A stretch of 64,000 nt of DNA from Chrysomallon squamiferum (Eukaryota > Animalia > Mollusca), in contig CM022674.1 in NCBI GenBank assembly GCA_012295275.1, forward strand, positions 1,674,001 through 1,738,000. Direction: 5' to 3'. The position numbers and the translations under genes were made by a program. Positions 51,451 to 64,000 of this stretch are shown piece after piece. Under the pieces are notes generated by a model, which ran no database searches, was not told the origin of the DNA, and saw only the letters and a list, made by a program, of their open reading frames with translations. Every line of letters begins with the position of its first letter. Position 1 is the stretch's first letter.

Positions 51451-52723
51451 CCTGAAACAAGAAAATAAAATAAAATAAAATAAAATAAAATAAAATAATG
51501 AACGTTTACTATTCAACCTCTCAAATGAAAAGGTCTTTGCATTTCTCGGATCTACGATATTCACAGGCTTACAAAAATATATATATAAATAGATCTTTAT
51601 CATCGTCGTTGTCGTCGCCATTGTTATTAACATTATTTTGATCATTCTATTCTGTTTTATTTCGTCTGACGTTTTCTTGTGTAATTATCATATGAAAGAG
51701 GAAAAAACGACAAATGCATGATGTATTAGATCCAGCATTAAAAAAAAAAAAAAAAAAAAAAAGGAGAGAAAACACCCATCAAACCGTCACGATGATAAAT
51801 AAATAAGTAAATAAATAAATAAATAAATAAATAAATACGTGACAAAACAAACAGCCAACAAAACCTACATGCTTTACCCCGGTTACACAATTCGGCATGA
51901 AAATCACTTACGTCAATGACCTATTTCAACAAAGGGTAAACCTTATCATCACACATCCCACCAACTTTTAATGTATTCTTTTCAATGTGCAGCAGCATTT
52001 ACGACCAAATTTTTCAACTGTTTAGTAAATTATTTAAGCTAGATTTAACACATTTTTTATTTTTTTGTTGTCTGTCTTACATCTACGTTTAGCATACAGA
52101 GTATGTAAAGAAAACGGACCAAATGAACAGTAAACTTTTTTCGGAAACGCCCCAAAAATACTGTTCTTGTTGTTGTTGTTGCTGCTGTTTTAATGAAAAC
52201 TGAATAAGATTTGTATAGTTTTGTATTATATAACTTATATTCAGTGGTTTGTTCGAAACATATCATCCCACAAAGGAACTGAATAAAAGTGAAATTGCTA
52301 TTAGAAGAAAAAAAAAAAATTTATTATTTTAGAAACTCGATCAGGTTATTTTGCAATCCCAGACTCCGATTATCATTCTGCGTTGAAGACAATGCGTGTT
52401 TGAATTTCATGAGTCCGACACGTACACAAACCGTGCTGAACTTCAGAGTTCAGCAGATACCCGTAACCCACAACACCAGCCCCACACCACCACGCTTTCA
52501 CTTGACGTGAGTTTAATGTAAATATTTTCCCCGTATCGTTTCACTGTTTGTACGAAAATATACTTGTATGAATAGAGACACTCGTTTTTTTTTTTTTTTT
52601 TTCGTTTTTCATTTTTATTCAGCTTTTGACGTTTATTATTTTAACCTTTTTTCGTTCTTCTTGTTTAACTTTCTTTATTTTTTGACTACTTTCTTTTATT
52701 ATTATTATTTATTTATTTATTTA

Positions 52724-52774
<51 letters not shown>

Positions 52775-53825
52775 CATCATCATCATCATCATCATCGTCA
52801 TTATTATTATTATTAAGGGGAGTCGATGTTAATATTAGTATTATTATGCATTTCTTTTCTTCTTCTTCTTCTTTTCTTCTTTTTTTTATGCAAAAGCGTG
52901 TCTGACAGTGCGTCACGTGACCTCTAATTAGACTGCATCTACAAATCAAGTCTGTGTCAGTTACGTCATAAATGACGTTGAATGACATTTCAGAAGTGAG
53001 GTTAAGATTGAGCGTGCGCAACAATCAACCTATTCAGAAACCTGCCTCACGTATTGTGCTGTATTAACATTGATGAAATTGCACATTTTATTCAAAAACG
53101 TGCTTTGCGCGTCCTGTACCTTTGGTGGGGCCTTTTTTTTTTTTTTTTATTTTTAAAAAAAAAAAAAAAAAAATGCTTTCTTTTCATTCTGCAGTATAAA
53201 TAAGTCAACGCATATATATATATATATCTAAGTCAGAGGTGAATAAATAAATAAAAAAAGATAAAGGATTGATAAGAGATATATTCAGTCGCTGACACCC
53301 TACACCAAATGTGTTAATGCCTCAACTGAAATGTGTCCGGTTTTTACACGTGTGATTGCTTTGTGCACGTTCCTTTCACAATAAATACACACGGCGTCTC
53401 TTTTTACTTAATAAAACGCCATAAAGAGTGAAATTTGCATAGATCGAGAGATAGACAGATCGGTGGCCGTACGGAAGATATATGGATGGATGGATTGATG
53501 GATGGATGTATGTGCGGATGGAAGATTTATACTGATAGATATGTGCGAATGGATGGACGGATGGAGGGATGGAAGTATGGGTGAAAGGATGAAATGACGG
53601 ATGAATGAATAGACAGGCATGAAAGACAGACGAAAATTTAAATAGATCTAAAGAGATGTGTTTTATATGAACAGACAGTCGTAGACAGAAAGAAGGGAGG
53701 GAGGGAGAGAGAGAGAATCAGAGAGAGACAGAGAGACGAAGAAATAATGTAGATGAAATAGAAACAGCTTATAACGGACGAAAGATACGGTTTTCTCTAA
53801 ATTGATATGTCCAGATTAGGTTCGA

Positions 53826-53925
<100 letters not shown>

Positions 53926-54405
53926 AAATAATAATAAAACGTGTTAGGCAGAAAACAAAATAAACATTTCTACACGTTATCTTTTATATATATATATATA
54001 CACACACACATACAAATTAAACTCACAAGTTCTTTTAGACAGACAGTGTAAAAATCCTATCTCCGGGGAAAAAAAAAAAAAAAAAAAAAAACATTTTAGA
54101 AATTCCTTTTCAAAACACAAATAAAGAAGAATAAAAAGAAGAGAGAGACAAAGCGTGGAAGGATGAATAAAAATGACTTGTCTTTCACTGAGAATGACAC
54201 GGTCCACTGAAATGTTTGAAACTGCGTGTGAGAGAAAACCGATGATAATTTGATAATTTTGCTTTTCCGTTGACCGCATTCATAGTCACAGTTTTATTGC
54301 GTTTGTATCGTGACCATGTTTACTTAGACCGCTACTATCTCTGAATTACAGCTCCTTTCCAACCTAATTAACATTGATAAAAACATTTCAAACATCCATT
54401 ATTAC

Positions 54406-54537
<132 letters not shown>

Positions 54538-54739
54538 TGTTACTATTATTATTATTATTATTATTACTACTATTGCTATTACTACAGTCACAACCATTAC
54601 TACCACAGCTATTACTTCTATATTAGTACTACTACTACTACTTCCACTACTGCTACTACTACAGTCATAATTAAAACTACTACTATTACTTCTGTTTCCA
54701 GTGACCGCGTTAGTCTTTTTCTTTTCTATTACGTCTGTA

Positions 54740-54771
<32 letters not shown>

Positions 54772-54934
54772 TCTATCTGTCTGTCTATACATACATACAT
54801 ACCCATCGATCGACATATAAACGATAAGACCACAGTACAATGCACTTTTAAATGTATTATTAAGAAGATTATCCACATTACCAGTTTACTCTGTATCAGG
54901 ACGGTATTTCGTATTTAAACACAAACAGAGGCTG

Positions 54935-55338
<404 letters not shown>

Positions 55339-56043
55339 CTTATGGTCACTGTTTTTCGCCCATTTTCTTTTTCTCTTTTTCTTTCCAGCATTTTTTTTTT
55401 ACAACTCTATCTTCATTCATTTTTTCTCTGATGCACAGCTCCAGTAAAATGTTATTATTTCTATACTCTTATTATTTAATATTTATCTTCATGGGTTATT
55501 TTTCCAGTTTTTTTTTTTCATATTATTTTTTTGTTTGTTTTTTAATTCAAAAACACATGAGACATATATACAAATATATATATATATTTTTTTTTCAACA
55601 TCCGCATTTTTTTAGCACCAACACAAACAAAACAACTTAAATGTCAAAAAAAAAAATCATGAATGTTCCATAACAAAACAATATTTTTTTTTTTTTTTTT
55701 TGCGACGTTTTTATGACTTCAGACTTCACGTCATGCATGGCGGGTTTTCACGTTACGGTTCACTGACCGTGTTAGAAAAGTGGGGAAAACCTCCTGACTC
55801 AAGACGTAATCGCGGTGAATCTGAAAGCAGCAGGACTCGTAAAACGATGAAGATTTACATTTGTCGGGCACGTCGAGCCATCTTGTAAACACGCAGAAAG
55901 ACTGCGACCCCCAACTTGCGGTCGTTTGCGGCTGTCCACGGGTATTCGCGCAGACGACAAAGCAGTCTTTTCATGTGGACTTGTTAGTCGCGGTTCCACA
56001 AGGACAGTCCGTGAAAGTAGCTCAGTTTATAGACATTTAACTT

Positions 56044-56069
56044 TATATATATATATATGTATATGTATA

Positions 56070-56116
<47 letters not shown>

Positions 56117-56148
56117 ATATATATATACACCCACACACACACTCACTC

Positions 56149-56246
<98 letters not shown>

Positions 56247-56340
56247 TCTCTCAAATACACACACACACTCACTCACTCTCAATCTCTCTGTCTCTCTGTC
56301 TCTCTCTCTCTCTCTCTCACACACACTCACTCACTCTCAA

Positions 56341-56435
<95 letters not shown>

Positions 56436-56530
56436 ACACACACACACACACACACACTCTCACTCTCAATCTCTCTCCCTCTCTTTCTATGTCACTCTTA
56501 ACTCACTCTCTCTCTCTCTCTTAACTCACT
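56044..56530. repeat. (TA)(TG)(CT)(CA) compound microsatellite
   Basis: Seen directly. Confidence 0.95.
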
Positions 56531-57417
56531 CTCATTTATTCTCGATCTTGTCACGAAGTTATTATTATTTTCTAATGTATCGCGCGACAGCGAACACACA
56601 GTTTCTTACAAAGCTTTATTAAAACTATTTTCAGCCTTCAACAAAAGAAGAAAACGACATCGTGCTGGCATAAAAATACAAACGAAAGTTCGACGAACGT
56701 TCGAGACAACAAACATAAAAATACAACAACAAAATAAAAAATAAAAATAGGGTGGAGGTAAGACAGGTAATTTATCATTGAATAAGCCAGGTAACAGTGT
56801 TTGCCAAACTGTAGAAAGAATCTGACCCAACCGATTAAAGCAAATGTCAAATTGACATTTAATTGTTCATAAACACTGCAGAGAGTCAGGTACGGGTATC
56901 ACGGATATAAATTTTAAAAAAAAAAAAAAAAAAAAAAAAAGTTTTTTTTATTTTTTATTGTAGAAGCAAGTTAATCGGAACTTAATGCTTTTAACAGATT
57001 TCGTGTTTGTTTGTGTCTTCATCTTAGAATGTAACAGATAGGTAATAATAATTTTCATGCTGAAAAACGAGTACGGGGTATGGTTGTATGGTTCTGTGTC
57101 TTTGCTTGTACGCTGCTGTATCACTGTGAAATACAAGACCAAAAATCGTCGTAAAACAAGAAACTTCGGCTGCAGTTCGGTTTTCAGATGAAACTTTATA
57201 TGAACTGAGATTTAAAGTAAGAACAGTGTTCTGTGCATAGGAGTTGAATGACATGAAATAAATAATGATAAATACAGCGATTTGAGTCTTAACAAGTTTA
57301 AAAATAAATAAATAAACAAACAAACAAAGAAACAAACAAAACGATATTACTACAACTATTATTACAGTTACAAATTAAAAATACATCTATCTATTAATTG
57401 AGGTTTATCAGACATAA

Positions 57418-57456
<39 letters not shown>

Positions 57457-57954
57457 GTAAGTAAATAAGTAAATGAATAAATAAGAACAATACATCAAAA
57501 ATCATATTACTTCTGTGACTGCTGCCATTATTACTACGACAACTAATACCACTACTACTACTACTACTGCTACTACTACTGCTACTGCTACTGCTACTGC
57601 TACAGCTTAGCTTTTAGGTTTTTCTTTCTTTCTCATTTTGTTTCTATCTATTTTTTTTTTTTTTTTTTTTTTTTAATTTATTTAAATTTTCTGATGACAT
57701 TACACGGTGTCAGTGCACCTTAGACCAAGTGAGATAAAGTCCTGAATTAACAGCTTCTATTAAAAGCCCGTTAATCTCATTAACAACCGATTGCAAACAC
57801 ACGAGTTAAGCCGAGGTGTGTATTTCTCGTAAACAAAAAAAATTTATATCACTTTTCACCTTTCTTTGTGATGCCACTGAAGCCTAGAGTTAAAAAAAAA
57901 ACACAAACAAACAAACAAACAAACAAACAAACAAAAAACCACACGATAATTTTT

Positions 57955-57985
<31 letters not shown>

Positions 57986-58327
57986 GGAAGCTGATTTGTA
58001 AAGAAAAAAAAGCTCGTTTAAATATTTATGAATCGAGATCGCTGTCTTAGTAAAGTGATCATTATCTCTGCGTGCTGTTTTAAGAGCGCACTGGAAACAA
58101 AAACTAAATCTATTGAAAGATTAAGTGCATTAATAAGTTCAGGTTAACTCGTTTGTTTAGACACACAAGACAAATCTCCCCATCGCTGACTCTGTAATCT
58201 TGCTCGGAATGCGCTTAAATCCCGCATTAGAATTTAATGAACAATTAGAAGTCATGACATTACATTTATGGGTGATAAAGAATGTATCGGTTTCCGTCAA
58301 TACTGGGTACATTCACGTTACGTATGT

Positions 58328-58392
<65 letters not shown>

Positions 58393-59041
58393 ATGCATGC
58401 ATACATGCATGTACGTACCTACGTAGAAAAAATCGTCTGATGCAATTATAAATAAAACGGCCTGTAGAAAAAAAAAAAAAACGAAACAGCAACAATAATA
58501 ATAACAGTAAAAATGGTAAAAACCGAGGTGAAATATCGAAGCGAAGATTTCCCATGTAAATTAAGAAATCACGAAGATAAATCGGGCATAGCTGACACAT
58601 CTCGATTATAATGCATCACAGAGATTATAAAACACACGCCCGAAGGTGTCGCCAATAACTGAAGTGACAAAGAGAGACCGTTACTGTAAATGACGTAACA
58701 ATGGTTATGACGTAATGATACTAATAACATCTGATTGTAACAGCGAACGCCGTAGGCCAAAAGAATCTTGCTGGCATTCCCGATATCTCAGCGGGAGTGA
58801 AACATTAATGAAACATGAATGAAACGAATATGAAAAGCTGAAACAAATATCGTTGTACTCGAGTGAGTGGTTAAGTTAAAACTTTAATGCTAATTTTTCA
58901 CAAATGAAGATATTCGCTTTGCACAGCGGTTGGTGTGTGTGTTCTCAAACAAGCAGTAAATCTTGTTACGGTTCAGCTGATTTTGTTAAGCGGCAGATTA
59001 AATGCACATAATTATTCAAAATGTTTTATTTTATTTTATAT

Positions 59042-59080
<39 letters not shown>

Positions 59081-59439
59081 TTACATCCGGTATTATTACA
59101 ACATATATAATCGTTTGTGGTTTTTTTTTTTTTTTTTTTTTTTAAGATGAACTTATCAAAGTATGAGATTCTATGAAACAAACGTAAAATATTATGGAAG
59201 TTATAATATATATATAAATGTGTGAGTGCGTTTGCGTGTGTGTGTGTAAGATAAGAAAAAATGATAAAAGAAAAGAAACTCTCGCTTGTCAGAATTAGAA
59301 ACAGAAGTAGCAGTGGTGATAATGACGCTAATATATATATATATAAGTAAACGACTGTCTGTCTATCCATCCATCTATTCATTCATCGATCTATTGTCCA
59401 TCTTTCTATGTTTCTTTCATATATATATGTCTAGCTTGC

Positions 59440-59553
<114 letters not shown>

Positions 59554-60247
59554 TTATATATTCAAATACTGGAGGTCACTGGGTACAGCTAACATAATAC
59601 AAATATTTTTTGCTAATATTTAATCCCTCAAAATAATAATAAAAAAAATATATAAATATTAAAAGGAAACCAGTTTGCTTTTATACCTGTCTCAGAATAA
59701 GACAAAATAAAGAGAAATAAAACAAAACAAAAAAGAAAAGAAACAAACAAACAAGCAACATTCGCTCAAGTTATACACGTATATATATTTAAATTCATAA
59801 AGAATATTTTATAGAGATTTGTTTACATTCTGTGGGGTTGTACACGTTCTGGTTCGTTTACTGCGTTTACTGAAACTGCAGTGGCTGTCACAACGACGTC
59901 GATGACGACGTTACTGAATCAAGTTAACGATTTTATCAACTGAAACGTGGACAACGGCCAGTGTCCACATTCAGTCATGCAACACCGGCCTCAGTAATAA
60001 AAAAATTTTTTTTTTTTTTATAAAAAAAACAACATTTCTGTTGCTATTCAAATATATGAAGTGTTTCTCACAATAACTGTACGTTTTCTTGAAAGAGAAA
60101 ATGAAATGTGTGTTTGTTTGTGATAAGCTTTTGAATTGAAGCAAATTTCTTAACACTAAACGTGAAAAAGGTGAGAAGAAAAATGTTTCAGATAAATATA
60201 TATATATATATTTTATTAGAAGTTTGGCGGTTTTATTATTATTATTA

Positions 60248-60307
<60 letters not shown>

Positions 60308-60354
60308 GAAACATTTGTTATTAGTTTTATCTGTGAATGAGATCTGCAAAAAGT

Positions 60355-60492
<138 letters not shown>

Positions 60493-60735
60493 ATGGTCTC
60501 TCCTCTAGAAGCGGCCCAAGTATTAATCCTTTATAGACTGTCACTAAGTAATACCTGAGAAGTGTCGCTTGAAGATTCAAACACATGCAGTAAATAAAAC
60601 ATATCTTTTCGTGTCCTCTTCAAGTCGATTACCGTAAACATTAGAACATTTGTTATGGACGTAGTTTCTAAAGTTTATAATGTCAGAATTACATATCAGT
60701 GACTACCGCCACTACCACTACCACTACCACTACCA

Positions 60736-60771
<36 letters not shown>

Positions 60772-61016
60772 CTGCTGCTACTACTACTACTGCTACTGCT
60801 ACTACTATAACTAGTACTACTACTAGTAGTACTACTGCTACTTCTACTACTTTTACTACAACTACACTACCTCTAGTACAACCACAGCTACGACTACTAC
60901 TACTACCACATTCAGATATTACAAAAATTAAAAAGTATAAAAATTTATCGATTTATCCATCAGCAGCTAAAATCCAGGTATTATATTTTAGTTGGTTTAC
61001 GGTATGTTTGAATATA

Positions 61017-61063
<47 letters not shown>

Positions 61064-62243
61064 ATATTAAAAATTCGATTAAAAATTCAAAATATTGGTT
61101 ACACGATGTAGCAACCTTAGCATACTATTTTTAGAAACAAAATTTTCAGTATATATGTTTTTATATACCTTCGTCAATTAATAAACAGCTATAGAATCCT
61201 GAAATAAAAATAATAATAATAATAAAAAAAATAAAAAAATTAATTAAATAGATTAAACAAAAAGTACGGGTTACGCGACAAGGCTAATTTTTCCCGTTTT
61301 TTTTTTTTTTGTGTGTGTGTGTGTGCTTTTTTTTCGATAGTTTACGGTATTTGCGAGTTTTGTCGAAACGTGTACACTTAACACAGTTTGCTTCTACGAT
61401 GTTGTCCACGGCGTCAGATGATAAAGTAAACACTGCGTACAGTAGATGAATATCTTTAACATGTCTTCATGAATAAAGCATATCCGTCTCGCATACATAC
61501 AGGGGTGGAGGGGCGGGTGTGTGTGTGTGTGTGAGAAATAGTCCGCTTGAAATAACAGTAAAATCCAGAACGTTGATTTTTAGATCCGGGAGTGAAACTA
61601 CTGATTATGTTTATGAGAAGTTTGGATGTGTTGTACGAACTTGTAAATAATGACGATGATGATGATAATGATGATGATATTGTATTGCTGCTGCTGTTCT
61701 GGTACTACTGCTACCACTACTATTATTGTTACAACAACTACTACTACTACTACTGCAATGACTGCTACAACTGCTACTGTTTAGTGTTAATCGTGTTGTT
61801 GCTGTTACTGATACTATTGATAATAATGAAGATAATGCATTACTTTCTGTCTGTTCAAAAGTCAAATGTTTTTCATTCAGTTTATTCGTATCGATTTGTT
61901 CGTGAATAAACATTAAATCAAATCTTTGATTCACGAATAACTCGAAATGAACTCTAATGTTTTCCCATTCACAGTTTCCTTAAGAACAAACTTAAACAAG
62001 AAATCTTAGACGCTAAGATTTACTCCTGAAACAAGATTAAAAAAAAAAATAATCGTGCAATCACAATTTTTCTCATGGACAAAATTTTAACTAGAAATCT
62101 TAGATTCTAAGATTAATTTTAGAAGCAAAGTTTTAAAAAAAAAAAAAAAAAATGGTGCACTCATAGTTTTCTCAATAAGAAAAAAATTCCTATCTTAAAT
62201 TCTGAAATGACTCAATTCACGATTATTATTATTATTATTCTTA

Positions 62244-62274
<31 letters not shown>

Positions 62275-63290
62275 TTTTTTTTTTTTTTTTTTTTTTTCAA
62301 ACTGACAAACTAACAATTGACTTATTTCCGAAACTGGATTACTACTGTTGTCTTTCTGGCTTTGAACTAAGCCGCTAATCACTGCAGCGGAACCTGTAGA
62401 TCCACAATCTACCCCCCCCCCTCCTTCCCCCCCACCCCTTGTGTCCCGTCAGCTACCACGCCAAGACGTGACGGCTCTGACACCACCCCCTCGGGCACTA
62501 AGACGGTCAACGCGCGTCGAAGGTTTTTCGCGTCAGCGTTAGCCTAGAGGTTAGCGTGGTTGCGTGACGTTTGCGTTTATCTCGATAGAGATTTCGCACG
62601 CGAATTAACAGAGAGATTATCACTCTAGAAAAACAAAACAAAAAAAAAAATAAAAAAATAAAAAAATAACGTAACGGACGATCAAAAAGAAACATTTAAA
62701 ACTTCAGATCTTTCTGTATCTAAGAGTAGCTCACGTGGCAGAATGAATTACAGATAAAGTGACTACTGCGTGTTAGAACGTATATTTTTTGTACTGATAG
62801 ATAAGAAAACAATACAATCGACAATCGTGTGTTTTTGTGTTGCTAACTATTATATATATTTTTTTATTATTTTTTTTTTTTTAAATTAAATCCTTATTAG
62901 TAGGTTTGTTTGCTTTTGAAGGTTATTCTAACCCGTTCAAAGTACACCTCTACTTAGATTTTTATTTTATTTGTTCGTATGTATGTGTAGGTGTGTGCAT
63001 GTGTGTGTGTGTGTGTGTGTGTGTGAGTGTGTGTGTGTGTGTGTGTGGGTATATTAGTGTATTTATTTTTTATATATGCATAATTACACGAGAATGACGG
63101 TGTAGTTATGATGAATCAAGGATGTTGTTTTGTTTGTGTTTTTTTAAAAATATAGCACGCATACCGTATGAATTTCAAGCACGCTCTAGTTGTTGTATTA
63201 GGGACGTTGTGAGAGAAATGAAATGAAAAGAAGAATTAGAACTAGGAAGAGCAAGGCTTGTGTGTGTGTGTGTGTGTGTGTTTGTGTGTG

Positions 63291-63368
<78 letters not shown>

Positions 63369-63514
63369 CTCCGTAATCTACAGATAGAAATAAAACAAAT
63401 ATATTTTTTTCACAAACTGGTCCGAGCGACCGAATAAGAAAAGTGAAAACGTATTAACGAACGAAGACTTAAAATAATCATAATAATCATAATAATAATA
63501 ACAATAACAACAAC

Positions 63515-63547
<33 letters not shown>

Positions 63548-63698
63548 CACGCAGTCAGTGAATTTCACACTTGATAAGATAACGTTTTAAAAAATAAAAA
63601 AACTCACCACTTTTTCTAAACCTAATCGCGAACGTTTACCTTCATTCCTTGATAAACAAGTAAAAACAAAATTTAAAAAAAAAATTCAAAACGCCTAC

Positions 63699-63805
63699 CT
63701 TTGGGACAGGAACAAACCCCAGTCCGTGTCGTTGCATTTCGCTAGGTCCGGGGACACAACGGGCGTCAACGACAGAGGAGAGACTGACCCCTGGGGTATA
63801 ATCAT
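63699..63805 (-). CDS. Candidate first coding exon of the 3CxxC gene (MIIPQGSVSPLSLTPVVSPDLAKCNDTDWGLFLSQ-R)
   Basis: acgATG start; donor ag|gtaggc in phase 2 joins the single G at 51451 (AGG = Arg) in frame with MELVW; GC/CpG-rich segment with TATA and Inr-like motifs just upstream. Confidence 0.55.
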
Positions 63806-63889
63806 CGTCCAGATTAAGCAACACGGTGAAGTTAACACAGGCGAAACACGGGTATTACACAAACAATCCTCTCGTTCGCGATCGGTGTA

Positions 63890-63927
63890 AATCTGACAGC
63901 TGGGAGCTTCAGACCCGGCTTTAAATA
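63890..63927 (-). promoter_or_regulatory. Putative core promoter of the 3CxxC gene: TATTTAAA box and Inr-like TCAGATT
   Basis: Minus-strand TATTTAAA at 63927-63920; TCAGAT with its A at 63894, about 33 nt downstream; ~90 nt before the candidate ATG. Confidence 0.45.
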
Positions 63928-64000
63928 CGGGGACGAGAGACAAGCTGAGTAGAGTGTGGTTTTTTTTTTTTTTTTTTTTTTTTTTTGTGTGTCGTTGTTT

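Noticed and set aside
56606-56830. ORF MGQILSTVWQ... resembling a myristoylated N-terminus for the 3CxxC gene
   Set aside because: The start codon is TTG, not ATG, and I found no suitable minus-strand donor.

Overview
AT-rich, microsatellite-saturated eukaryotic (animal, probably invertebrate/mollusc-like; inference) genomic DNA. Almost all ORFs in the six-frame track are simple-repeat artefacts. Two convergent spliced genes can be reconstructed by hand. (1) On +, an 18-exon gene at 19738-35807 (2340 nt, 779 aa, all GT-AG introns, all phases consistent) encodes a type II membrane protein of the M28B glutamate carboxypeptidase II / NAALADase / transferrin-receptor family, with a possible extra in-frame first exon at 2122-2156. 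It has lost the catalytic Glu, one of the two Zn sites and most substrate-binding residues, and has a cytoplasmic YKNL motif, so it looks like a receptor-type pseudoenzyme. (2) On -, a 3CxxC zinc-finger (RTP/ZAR1-type) gene has exons 51451-51307, 45979-45809 and 45067-44903, no C-terminal TM, and a candidate first exon at 63805-63699 with a TATA/Inr core promoter. Non-coding features: a ~210-bp inverted repeat pair, several minisatellites (one fills an intron, one multiplies a splice donor), an X-box (RFX-like) palindrome cluster, three evenly spaced E-boxes, and a visible CpG-poor to CpG-rich switch near 40.6 kb. All homology calls come from motif recall, not database searches.
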